Shown in pieces: positions 47,745 to 59,911 of a stretch of 64,000 nucleotides of DNA; the stretch's first letter is position 1; each line of letters begins with the position of its first letter. The notes under the pieces were generated by a model. The model was not told the DNA's origin and searched no databases. It saw only the letters and a program-made list of their open reading frames with translations. A program made the position numbers and the translations under genes. Source of the stretch: Macrostomum lignano (lineage: Eukaryota); the NCBI GenBank assembly GCA_002269645.1, contig NIVC01002006.1, positions 124,001 through 188,000 of the forward strand, in the 5' to 3' direction.

Positions 47745-49390
47745 CATAGGTTTGTAAAAGCAAAAGATTTATGAATAGCCAATGTAATGCAATACAACCC
47801 TACTAAATTAGTCACACAATCAAAATTTTAAGTTTCTCTTAAAGTTACTTAAAAATTTAAATGGCCTAAGAAATGCATATTCCCTTGGTTTTTAGACTGA
47901 TACAGACTGCAATGGAGCTAAAGATACACAAATTTCTTTCAAGGTTGCAAATTTGCAAGAAAGATACATGATCAAAGCATGAAAACAACCATGAGAGTAT
48001 TATGTCCAACAAACTGGCTTTCCAAGCAAGGATGGGCAGACTTTTACCTCAAAGGCCAGATTAAGAATCCAGCTCATGGCTGAGGGGCAGATGAGAATAG
48101 AAAGAAGGAATAGATAATTTGAAAATAGGAAAGGCAAGAGAGAGAATAAGAGAAAAGATAGAACATAATAGGAGATATAAGAGTATGATGACAATAAGAG
48201 AGAGGGGGGAGAAGATAGGCATGAGAAGAAGGGAGAAAGGACTCAGGAGAAGCAAGATAAGAGAGATGAGATGAGAGGAAAGAGTAGAGAGGAGCGAATA
48301 GAGAGAAGAGAGTAGAGATAAGAGAGCAGAGAGCTACATATGAGGAGAGAGAAGACATAAGAGAAGAGAAGAAAGAGGAAAGAGGTGAAAGGAGAGATAA
48401 AAGAGTAAAGGGAAGAGAGAAGAGATAAGGTTATAGGGATGAGAAAGGTATAAGGAGAGATGAGAAATGAGATAAAAGAGATAAAAGAGAAGAGAGGAGA
48501 GTGGAGAGAAAAGAAAAAAGACAAGAGAGAAAGAAGAGGAAAGAGGAAGAGGAAAGGGAAGAGAAGAGAAGAGAAAGGAAAGTGAAGTAATCAAGAGGGA
48601 AAAGAAAAGAGTACAGAGGAAAGAGGTGAGAGAACATATTAGACAATAAAGATAACAGATGAAAGAGGGGGTAAGAGAGCAGAGATTTGAGGGGAAAAGG
48701 AATAAAAAAGAATAGAGGAAAAAAATGGGAGAGAAAAGGGGAAAAGAAGAAAGAGGAATGGAAAAAGAAGAGAAGAGAGGAGAGAGAGAGACAAGAAAGG
48801 AGAGACAAGGGACAAAAAATAAGAGAGGAAACAATAAAAAAAGTTTCAAAGGATTCAAGGGACATAGAGAGTCAGAGGCAGAGGCTAGAGTTTGCCAATA
48901 TATTTATTTTAGAGTCAGAATGCAGACAAACATTGCCTGAAATTCTGGGCAACACTCCAGCCAATAATATTAAATGCTAGGTTTTTTTGTGCAAATGGGT
49001 GCGAATAGCATCCTGGTCTTAAAAATCGCACCCTGAAATTTGACTCAGGGTGTGAAAAGTGCACCCAATTTTTTGCAAGGATGTGATGCGGGTTTTACAA
49101 TTTAGTGTTATGGACGTGCAGCGCATCTTGGTCTTGAAAATTGCACCCTGAAATCTAGCACAGGGTGCGAAATTGCACCCAAGTTATGGACGAAAAAAAA
49201 ACCCAGATTAAATGTTTGTCTCAAATCCTAATTTTATACAAATGTATTCTATTTTATGTTTAACTCTATCCTACTAACTATTATTAACAGGTTTTGTTTG
49301 AGTATAGTCTTAGATTTTAGAATATATACAAAAATAGTTCTGAGGATTAGAATTCCCTGGGTTCAAAATCTGTGGGTTTCAACAGCTTAT
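47745..49390. repeat. Inverted, diverged homolog of 21800-23810 (GA-rich tract plus conserved flanks)
   Basis: For example 48055-48105 is the reverse complement of ~23505-23550, 47850-47990 matches 23560-23700, and 49345-49390 matches the ACAAGCTGTTGAAACC head. Confidence 0.75.
48977..49206. mobile_element. 230-bp MITE with TIR CT(A/G)GGTTTTTTT and perfect 8-bp TSD ATTAAATG
   Basis: Absent from the homologous position in the 21.9-kb copy; internal GGGTGCG/CGCACCC motifs. Confidence 0.75.
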
Positions 49391-50614
49391 ATTATATAGA
49401 TAGCATTGTAAAAGCTTATATTATATAGGCCCTAAGCTAATAATGTTTAGGCCCCCTACTTAATAATTTAAGATTTAATCTATATATTAGGCCTACTTAT
49501 AGATAGTAAGATAGGCCTTATAGTTATTATACAAAATAATTGAATTTTGTTAGACTTAAAATTAATTTTAACTTTTCACTATTTTAATTTATAGATTTAA
49601 AAGTGATATCTATGCCTAGCTAACTAGCTTAGGCCCTTACTCTAGTTAACTAGACCTATCGTTATATTTATAGGTTTTAGAAAAGTGAGTAAATTTTTTT
49701 TTCAAATCTATCTATCAATACATAGTTATTAGGTATATTTCCTTTTTGAATTGTAATAGGCCTTAAAGCTTCAATATTATTATTATTGTTATTGTTAATG
49801 TATCTAACTTATATTTTGTTAGAAGTTTCTAGGCTTATAGGGGCCTAGCTTTAAAACTTACTAGTTTCTAAATCCTTTGTTAGAACTCAAAGGAAATTCA
49901 CAATCCATGAGATGAGAGACTTGATATACCAGTTTTTACTTTTATAGGCCTCCTAGTTTATGATTGATTGGCCTTAGGCCTTTTTTATAAAAATAAATAT
50001 AAAAATGGATTTTAAATAAAACATAGTTTATGCCAATAACCATAGCCTATGCCAATGAAACTAAACAATTATGGTACCATGCTAGGCAACTACAACTAGG
50101 CCTAGGCCTAGTCTTTTCATCTAGGCCTAGGCCTAGGCCTAGCTAAAACAGACACTAAGTTTGCACAAAATTTAAATAAGATGGCTAAATGTGAAGTTTT
50201 TACTTGGTCTAGGTAGGCCTAGCCACCTAGGTCTAGGATAGGCATTAAAAATTAGGCCTAGCTTTAGATACCACCTGTCTAACCTGCACATCATGTGTCA
50301 TCATCATAGACAAAATACTACAATATTACATGTACATGCATGCAGATGCAAACAGTGAATGTTGAATGTTGATTTTGATATAGCATTGCACCAGTTTGTG
50401 GTCTGGTCAGCAATCAGCATCAGCAGGGCATAGCAGCAAGACCATGTCACCATGCCTACGACATCAAGCAAAGTGTTTCTCATTTTAATCTACATTTCCA
50501 GTTAGGCCTGGCAGACTCAAAAAGAATTATAACCTAATTACTGTACTAGCACAGTAGTTGGTACATACTACCTGTATGAGTTTAATATAACTTCTTAGAA
50601 TCTGAGGACTCAGT

Positions 50615-51074
50615 GGTCACTGGTCAGATCGTCATATTCCATTTCGTCATATCAGATGACGAAGTTACCAGAAGCAAAGTAGCTTTGAAAAATAATATGA
50701 CAAAGTGACCAAATATTTAGTTATGCAGATGCTGGATACTTCGTCATCAACCAATTAATCTGTGTAAGATTCGAGTTAGTGTAAAAGTATTTTTTGCTTT
50801 TTTTTAACTATAAGGTGCGGCAAGCAGAACCGATCGATCGACAGGTTTTATCAATCGAGATGACAAAATGACTGGGATAATTAGTATTCCAAATAAATAT
50901 GTTTAATTGCTACATTAATTCACTTGGAAGTTAGAACTAATATGATTGGTGGATGACGAAATGACTCTCTTCAGGTAGTGCATGCTAATTAAGATGACGA
51001 ACTGACCCTAGCCGAGGTGAGCACCCCAGACACTCGAGATGACGAAATGGCAGATGACGAAATGACTAGGAACC
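50615..51074. mobile_element. MITE-like element with inverted ATTTCGTCAT/ATGACGAAAT subterminal repeats
   Basis: TCGTCAT motifs on the left are mirrored by ATGACGA motifs on the right; ends are imprecise. Confidence 0.5.
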
Positions 51075-51080
51075 GACTCA

Positions 51081-51340
51081 GGGCCTTTTCATATTGCTTG
51101 CTCTGGTTCCAGAACCAGAACCAATTTGTGAAGTATAACTTTTTGTCTCCATAACTAGAGGGAGATACGTGCTATAATGTTTTTATTATTGAATGACAAT
51201 CGCCAAGAAGAAAGTGAAAAATTGTGCTAAGTTAGGTTGTTAAGGCAGTCAAATATTAACAGAGTTTAATAGTTATACTGCTGTTTTTCTTGGAATTCCG
51301 AACCGATTCTGGTTCTGGAATTGGTAATATGAAAAGGCCC
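51081..51340. mobile_element. PIF/Harbinger-type MITE, second copy (TSD TCA)
   Basis: Near-identical to 24282-24542; flanked by TCA...TCA. Confidence 0.85.
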
Positions 51341-52937
51341 TCAGTGTGTTCTAAGAAACTTTGTTTCTTAGAAAAAATTGAAAGTTGACCCATGAGCTAA
51401 AATACAAACAAGCCTGATATAGCAAATGCTCTTTCAGCTTTGAAAATAAATAAAACAGTTGAACAGACAAAACATGAGCATTTATCTTGAACTATCGCCA
51501 TAAATTTAGTATACCCCATCTCGATCAGTACAAGTGTGTAGTTTTTGAGAAAGTCAGCCTTTTTTCTAGGAAAACAATGTTCCGTTTTCCGTATATAAAC
51601 TTTCTGCCGGTGCCCCTGTACGCATGAATTTCAGAAAAAATGCCCGTTTGTACAAAAATACATGTACAAGTAGAAAGGTTAAGCGATCTTTTTGTAGAAC
51701 TGGCGGTAGTAGTTCGGTTGTTATTGTCTTGGACAAACTACATACATATAAAAAATTGTATTTCGAAAAATGTATAAATTCCTAAAGCAGCAGCTTTGGT
51801 GCCTCTTGCTCTAGCGCCCCCAGACTTGCTACCACTACCACCTTTTGGTGCCCCTGGCCCCTTGGTATAATTTAGGCAGCTTTAAATCGAATGACGATGC
51901 GAAAGGTGTGTACCAGATTTAAAATGAATTTATGTCCCTGGCTGCGGTGTGCACGTACATGTGTACGACGTAAATGAATTGAGACTTCGCATTAGCAAGC
52001 TTACACTCGCATTATCAGACCAATTTCTGCAGCTGTAACAGTGTACTGCTGATGAAATATAGTTTGATGCGTTTAAATTGCCAGTAGAATAGCCAGACAA
52101 AGCCATACGCACGTATAGTACCAGAACCGCTCTTGAATAAGTACGCATACATTCAGCTTGTAAGGTGATTTATCAAATCGCTCGATGCTTGCATCAGTTA
52201 CACCAGGTTACCAAAATCATTTACAATCGGTACGTCTAATGGAAGCTGGAAGATTAAACTGCTGACTGATGGGACTTCCACGGCTTAGATGGTAGATGAA
52301 TAGGGCTAAATTATTGCGGCTATCACTACTACATGAATTGAATTACAGCTAATTGCATTTAAAATTTCATAATTCCTGAAAATTGCAATCCATTGTATGC
52401 ATTTCGCATTTTAATAGCATTTAGCTTCAATTTTATTACTTTTCGATTGATTAGGCCATCGATATAAATTTTAAAACCGCGTTTTACATGCCAGTGGTAC
52501 ACATAATCGAATTTGCTGCATTTGCATTTAATTTTAAACAATAAATTAGTGAATTGAGGGTGGCCATACAGACGACACAGTAAAAGGATGAGAAAGATAA
52601 TGGAAAATGAACGAGTTACATGCAGGCTACAACATAAAAGTACAATACCATTAAGCGGCATATCAAAAGTTGTAGGTCAGCGCACTAGCCTATGTAAAAA
52701 ATCGAAACTTGCGATAACTAAAAACGCTTGCAATGTGACTCGTGCCAGCAATTACTTTGGATGCAGAAAACATGAAGATAAAAGTCATTAGATTGGTTAG
52801 AATTCGGTAAAAAAAGTGGTTCATTATTGAAATTTAGAGAAATCAAATGCTGAGTGGAGGCGAGTCGAGTCCTGGAAGTGCAACGGAGACTGAAATACCA
52901 CACGGATCAGCTCCAGTTTCACCTTACGGTTTGAACT

Positions 52938-54086
52938 CTACTGCACAGCGCAACTGCGGTTGTCGCCGGACCTTGTCGTGCTGTGGCCGTTAGCGGTTGT
53001 GGCTCCGGCGGCGGCGGCGGCACCAGTCGTAGAGTCGGCAGTACTAGCCGTCTGCCGCGGCAGCGATGCGGAAGTGCCAGCCGCCTGCTGCTGCTGACGC
53101 CGCTGAGTGCCCACGTGACGCAGCTCCCGCGTTAGCGAAGCAATTTTAGCGCCGGCGCCGCCAGCGCTGCCGCCAACCAGACCGACGAAGGTGCGGCGCG
53201 ATTTCACAGCGCTAGAGGGCAGCGGCGCGGCCAGTCGGAGCAGGCCGTTGCCGGGGAAGCTGGCGACCACCCGGTCGAGCGGAACGCCGGTTGGCGGCGT
53301 CACTTCGCGGCGATATTCGTGGCGCATCGTAGAATCCAGGGAAGAGTTGTCTGTAGCAAAATAGCTGGCAGTCACCAGCAGCCTGGTGGGCGCAGCTGGA
53401 GCATCAACTCCCTCCGGGGAGTTCTCAATAGTGGTCACGGACACTTCCTCGGGCTGGAACTCGGGCAGCGCCAAATCCAGGGACCACTTGGCACCGACTT
53501 TCTTCTCCTTGATAACGAAGCCATGGCGCTGCTTGCTGTCTGACAGGCTGCTTCTTGGCCAGACGTTGCGCAGCGAGAAGGGCTGTTGAGTTGGCTGCTG
53601 CTGATGAAGCAGCAGCTTCTTACTCAGCTTCGTCGGCGTGGTTGTAGCAGAGGTCTTGACCTCGCGTTGATCGACCTGCAGAACAATGCAAGTCTCTTCG
53701 ATCCAGCAGCGAGCGGTGTCCAGATCCAGCTGGTCCATCTGCAGCTGGGCTCGACGCACGATGCGAACAAAATCGCCCTCCTGCCAAGGAGACGCGGCCT
53801 CGGCGAGCACCCAGAAGATGCCGTTGTCATCAAGCCTAACGGCGACATCGTCCGGTCCGAATTCCGATCCGAGCGGCAATACCAGAGTCAAGCAGTTGTC
53901 CGAGTTTTCAAACCCGCAGCAAGGCTTCTTAGCTTCGTCGTTTGCATCGGTGTTGGCGCGGAGGCCGCGACTGATGGCAACACGATTCAGGGCCCGACGC
54001 AGGCTGGCAGCGTCCAGCTGCGTGTCAATGGAGTAGGCGAACTCCTGACCAAGACGGCGAAACAGGTTAGTGGGACGAAGAGTCAT
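52938..54086 (-). CDS. Small heat-shock protein with two alpha-crystallin domains (p40/Tsp36-like), 382 aa, intronless
   Basis: Domain 2: WSLDLALPEFQPEEVSV...HEYRREVTPPTGVPLDRVVASFPGNGLLRLAAP. Domain 1: LTLVLPLGSEFGPDDVAVRLDDNG...VRRAQL. Confidence 0.75.
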   Translation of the reverse strand: MTLRPTNLFRRLGQEFAYSIDTQLDAASLRRALNRVAISRGLRANTDANDEAKKPCCGFENSDNCLTLVLPLGSEFGPDDVAVRLDDNGIFWVLAEAASPWQEGDFVRIVRRAQLQMDQLDLDTARCWIEETCIVLQVDQREVKTSATTTPTKLSKKLLLHQQQPTQQPFSLRNVWPRSSLSDSKQRHGFVIKEKKVGAKWSLDLALPEFQPEEVSVTTIENSPEGVDAPAAPTRLLVTASYFATDNSSLDSTMRHEYRREVTPPTGVPLDRVVASFPGNGLLRLAAPLPSSAVKSRRTFVGLVGGSAGGAGAKIASLTRELRHVGTQRRQQQQAAGTSASLPRQTASTADSTTGAAAAAGATTANGHSTTRSGDNRSCAVQ

Positions 54087-56348
54087 TGTGAGACTGCTTT
54101 GTGAGGCTTAGATAAGCTTGATAGACACGTCTAGGTCTTCCTAAATAAGATAATTGGAGCTGGAAAATGAATCCAATTGCAGGGTATCCGAACACTTATA
54201 TAGCCTAAGCCCCGAGGCTTGAGCCCCCTTATTTCTATTTCAGTTTTCGAATACAGCTTGTGCACGAAGTCGCACAATTGAAGAGAGAAGAGGGGGATAG
54301 AACTCACGCAATGCAGACCAAGCAAGTTGGGCAGTTTGAGGCGTTAATTGCGCAACCTTTGACGATGTGTTGGGGTGGTTGAGGGACGGTCGCACGATAA
54401 AGTCATGCAGCACGCCGTCCACTTGGGGGTGGGGAGGGGTTTTCCCCGGGGGGGGTTGAGCGGGTGGGGTTGTGGACGCTTGCACGATAAAGTCACCCTC
54501 TACCTAATGGTGGGTGCCTGGGGGTAGGGTTTGGGGGGGGGACAGGCTGGCACGATAAGGCATGACCATGGTTTTAGTCAGCACGTTATCTCGGCGTGAC
54601 CGTCCTAGCTAGAACGTTTGTGCGCACAACCATTTCAAGATTGCACAATCTGCAGTAAAGGCCGTAGTGAAGACTTCTTATCGATCGATCGATATTTTAA
54701 ATGAAATGAAACAATAGCGCGTGCTTTGAGATACTAGAATTTCTAGACTGTGCCGACATTGAGTCATTCAGAAGCAAGTGGGTTAATTCTTTGCGCAGAG
54801 TCAGTGGCAGACGCAGCATTGAGCACATTGCTTACTTTGCTATTCGATAAAAAATAACTGACGTAGTTATGGCGTCAAGGGGACAAAGGCGCGTATTGAT
54901 TATTAAACTGGATTTTTATTGTTTGTAATGCAGCAAGAGTAAAATTATAAAAAGGCCTCCACCAAAGATTCTTCATTTAGCAAAGCTATTAGGATGACAT
55001 CGGGCGAGGAACTCTAGTGGTAGAATCTGCTTCATATCATATCTGCGTAGCTACTAGCTCCCAGTAATTCGGTTAGATTAGATATCCAATTGCATTACAT
55101 TGTTATGCAAGCAAAGTCCTGACAGTTTTGCCATGTTAAAACAGAATGCAACTGCGTGGCAACAATACACTCTGCACTTTTTCATCTGTAAAAAATGCTG
55201 TAGGTTGTACGACGCAAAAGCAACAGACTTTTTGCATCTGGCTACAGGGAGCTATGGATGTTATTCTTTTTTGCTTTTCGATGAGCTGTGTATGCATCTT
55301 CCTCACTGAATGACGGATGTCAAAATTAGTTTTTTAGTTGCCACTTCCTCTTTCAGAACAGCTATACTCTTTGTTGTGCAAAAAATTAATTAAAACACCA
55401 ATCCTAACTATTCGCGTCAAACTCAAATGTCTGCTTCAAAATTTCCCTTAAATTAAATTTGTGTAGTGGGGGTATAGCCATTCCGGCCCCAGAAATCCAG
55501 ACTTTCTAACAGTTCAGGATTCGGCATCATTCGGGATCCCGTGATTTCAAGGCTTTAATCTTTGAAATTGTTGCGGATATTAAGTCTATTTTTTTTCACT
55601 GGGATAGTGGTTTTGTTTTTTTAATCCTTTTTTTAGAAATTTGTTACAAAATAATAAAAAATGAATGCTAAGCTGTTACGCTGGCATCACAATAGTTTAT
55701 TTTTATTAATTGTCAACTGTTGACACCCTTGCTGGTTTGTTATATTAACATCTGAGTGTGCGAGCTATTAGCTAGGGTGCTGTGGTTGTCGTGAGCGCAC
55801 AAAAGCACAACACGCATTTTCGGCAGGGCCTGGCAGTAGTGGAAGCAAGATTGATTCGAGTATGACATCCAGACTCATCATTAGATCCCAAACAATTGGG
55901 ATTTGTTCGCATCGCCATCGAATGAGCCATTAAATCGGTGACTGATGTACAAAGCGACAGCAATTTGTCGAAAACGGCGAGCTGTTCGACAGAGAGCCGA
56001 CGCCGGCCTACAGCTGTGTTGGCCATCGTATTGGATTTGAAACGGAGGCGTCAATGTACTGTCAAAGAAGAGGCTTAAAGAAGGGTATAAAGGGGCTTCA
56101 GGGAATCGAATCGTGTTAGTGCACTGCTTGAGGCGTCATCTTTGAGCACTGTTTGGTAGCGCTCTTGTAGCGGCTTGCGATCCACTAAAGTTATTTTGGC
56201 AAAGGCGCAGCCCGATAGCTCGAGCTTTCCCGTACTAAAATTCCGGCTGGCTGGGAGAATTTTCCCCAATCAAAAGCGATCCCGAGAAGATATAGAAAGG
56301 GGCCAGAAGATCGGAAGACACTGGACCCGCGTTTTCTACCGTCAAGAA

Positions 56349-57113
56349 ATGTCTCGACGAAAATTGCAATTACTGACGTGCCTAGCTCTGCTAAATCATC
56401 ACCTGCTCGTGTGCTGCATCGCGGAGGCATGCAAGCCGCCATTTGAGTCCATCGCCGGTTTCTGCCTGTACATCGGAGCCGACCTCCGGCTCACTTGGCA
56501 CGAGGCCAACGAGCACTGCGCCGCCTTCAACGGCCAGCTGGTCACGTGCTACTCAATTATCAAAGTCCTCGACGCTATCAGGTCATTAAACCGGCTGACC
56601 ACCAGCAAGCCCACCTGGACTGGCATCAACGACGAGCGCTCCGAGCGCGGCACCGCCCGCGATGGCTGGCAGTTGGGACCTTCCAGCGCCGGTGTCCTGC
56701 CGGCCAACGACAGCCTGTGGGTGGCCGGACAGCCGGACAACTTTGGCGGCAACCAGAACTGCGCGGCCATCCAGTCTACTGGCCACCTGCTGAACGATCA
56801 TACCTGCAGCTTCCAGGTGAGCCTCATGTGCGAACCGGCCAGAGGTGCCTGGCAACCGCGTCACCTGTCACCGACTGATCCGGAGTTCTTGGCGTGGAAT
56901 GCCACCGTGCAATTGTCCGGCCTGGATTTGCAAGGCTGCGCTTTCAAAGCCGGCGCCCAGCTGAACTGCGCCAGATTTGCCCACCGAACTGGCGGCAGCG
57001 GCGGCGAATGCGTGCTGGATGGTTGCTATGGCAACCAAGGCAACTGGTCAACGAAATTGCTGATGCGGCAGGATGAATGGAAGATTTTCCGATTCGAGAT
57101 CAACAACCTGTGA
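56349..57113 (+). CDS. Secreted C-type lectin domain protein (~254 aa), intronless
   Basis: ATG 56349 followed by a signal-like segment; C-PPF...GFCLY; TW.EA..HC; WTGI; W..GQPDN.GG.QNC; LND..C....LMCE; Cys-rich C-terminal extension. Confidence 0.85.
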   Translation: MSRRKLQLLTCLALLNHHLLVCCIAEACKPPFESIAGFCLYIGADLRLTWHEANEHCAAFNGQLVTCYSIIKVLDAIRSLNRLTTSKPTWTGINDERSERGTARDGWQLGPSSAGVLPANDSLWVAGQPDNFGGNQNCAAIQSTGHLLNDHTCSFQVSLMCEPARGAWQPRHLSPTDPEFLAWNATVQLSGLDLQGCAFKAGAQLNCARFAHRTGGSGGECVLDGCYGNQGNWSTKLLMRQDEWKIFRFEINNL

Positions 57114-57154
57114 TTGAACAATGCGATCTCCGACTGTTTGACAGCGAAATTAAG

Positions 57155-57450
<296 letters not shown>

Positions 57451-58127
57451 AATGCCCGTTTATCTTTGGTACAGCAGCGCAATGCCTTCAAATGAGATTA
57501 TAATAATTACAACAGAAGTGCCCAATCCGCAAAACAAAATGATTCAATTTAGTTGATTTTGCTATTTAAATATTTTTGACAGTTTGCAGTCCGAAGCTCA
57601 GAGAGGTTGTGGCTCAGATAAGAAAATCTCATCAGATATAGCTATAGATGGCCGCATGTACTTTGAAATTGTCTTTCTTTTTGAAGAAAAAGAACACGGA
57701 TATTCATGCGAAAACGGCATGCTTCTCAGCTGAAGCGCTCTCTTGAGTAATTCTTGCGAACTTGAGTAATTCCTTGAAAGCTGCTGCTCAGTGTTTTGCA
57801 GGGTGAAAGCATTCCTCGTAAAGGCCTCCTGAATGGCATTCAAAAAAATTATTATGTTAATCGACAGCTCGTACTGCGCCCCATGATTCAATTGTCCATA
57901 CTCCATAGGAAGGCTGGAACGAAGTGCAGAGGCATTTCAGAGTAAGTTTACAGACAGACAGGCTCGGTCATAGATATAGATGTCGAGTACAGGCTGCTCT
58001 TTATTTTTCTTGGCTTGAAGCTTACTATACTCGTACGTGTAGAAGCTTAGATATAAAAAGAAAGACATGGAGCACGACTCACGACTGAGCAGAAAAATTA
58101 CGTACTATTAGAAATATTAGAAATCTA

Positions 58128-58670
58128 CTCCCCTTCCTCTACTCCCCTTCCTCTACCCCCCTTCCTCTACCCCCCTTCCTCTACTCCCCTTCCTCTACCC
58201 CCCTTCCTCTACCCCCCTTCCTCTACTCCCTTCCTCTACTCCCCTTCCTCTACCCCCCTTCCTCTACTCCCTTCCTCTACTCCCCTTCCTCTACTCCCCT
58301 TCCCCTACTCCCCTTCCCCCACTCCCCTTCCCCTACTCCCCTTTCCCTACTCCCCTTCCCCTACTCCCCTTCCCCTACTCCCCTTCCCCTACTCCCCTTC
58401 CCCTACTCCCCTTCCCCTACTCCCCTTTCCCTACTCCCCTTCCCCTACTCCCCTTTCCCTACTCCCTTCCCCTACTCCCCTTCCCCTACTCCCCTTTCCC
58501 TACTCCCCTTCCCCTACTCCCCTTCCCCCACTCCCCTTCCCCTACTCCCCTTCCCCTACTTCCCTTCCCCCACTCCCCTTCCTCTACTCCCCTTCCTCTA
58601 CTCTCCCTCCGCTACTTCCCCTTCCTCTACTCCCCTTCCCCTACCCCCCTGCTCCCCTACCCCTAGTCCC
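58128..58670. repeat. ~13-bp C-rich minisatellite (CTACTCCCCTTCC)
   Basis: Direct; G-run-rich on the minus strand. Confidence 0.9.
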
Positions 58671-59911
58671 CTACTCAGCTTCTCACCTAAATGAGTACTC
58701 AGCAACATCCTCCACTCAGTGACCAAGATTGAAAACTCTTTAGCGAACTGCATTATATTTTCCATATTCAGAAAACGGCACCTTGGCTTATTTTGAACTC
58801 CATTTTTGCAAGCAATTCCAAGCAAGTTTTACAGGCAGTCAGGCGAATAAAAGCAGACCCGCAAACAGACGTACGTCTTCATGTATAAACAAAGTTTTCA
58901 ATAACCGCTCAAATGCTGACTCACTGTAATTGTTGTTGTGGTTCTGCGACCGTCTAGAGGCTATATCTATATTTAGCTCATAAATAGTCGACTCACTACA
59001 GAGAATTTGAGTAGAGATCTCTTAAGCCGCGCATTTGAATACCGAGCTGCATCAGTATGCAATTATACATTACATTGCTACCTGACAGTCTTAGCAGAGC
59101 TGGGAGAGCAGTGTCTCAATGTGAAATCATTTAGCTACTCGCAGCTAAGCATTTTAACTTTTTGTGTCTTTAATTTCAGCAATGAGAAAGCCAGGAAAAA
59201 TATGACGGGCTGCAATGCAAAGTCGAGGAATGTGGATTTACAGGCATCATTCAGATGGAATTCTTATTGACGTTTCTCGCATTCAACTTTTCCCATCATT
59301 AGACATTTTGCCGAGTTCGAATATCGAAATTCGGATCGGTGAGTTTCGGGATCGAGAAGATTTGGGATCTGGGAGATTTGAGATCGGGAAAATTTGGGAT
59401 TGATGAGATTTGGGATTGGGGAGATTTGAGATTGAGGATATTTAAGAGTGGGGATATTTGTGATCGGGGAGATTGTTAATTGGGGAGATTTGTGATTGAG
59501 TAGATTCGGGATTGGGGAGATTTGGTATCGGGGAGATTCATGATTGGGGAGTTATCTGGATAGAGTAGCACAGAGAGCAGCGCACGCAGAGCTTTCATGC
59601 GACATCACAACCAAGCCATGATTTAACACTGCAGATAAATTGAGCACACCTGTCAGTTTATAGGAGTCTGCGGTCTGTTTACGGTGCACAATGTGTAAAC
59701 TTATGGTATTTGTCTCAATGCTAGCAAACTAATTACTAAGCAGGTAGGAAATAACAGCAATAGAATAACATGTCCTCTCACGGCAGCCAAACAAACAATA
59801 GGGAGTATAAATAGGCACCTGGTAAAACACTGACAAACTTCTTCATCAAATTCATATTGACAGGAGTCGGTTCTTTTTTTCAGATCGAATTCCTCGACTC
59901 TAACATTGATC

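Noticed and set aside
50090-50260. AGGCCT/GGCCTAGGCC palindrome cluster as a regulatory site
   Set aside because: AGGCCT-rich tracts recur throughout the AT-rich repeats (20300-20560, 49430-49990), with no specific structure to support a call.
54730-54750. Heat-shock element (CTAGAATTTCTAG) upstream of the sHSP
   Set aside because: Spacing does not fit nGAAnnTTCn, and there is no third unit.
55772-56269. Two short minus-strand ORFs upstream of the C-type lectin
   Set aside because: No recognisable domain or splice structure; coding cannot be supported, though it is not excluded.
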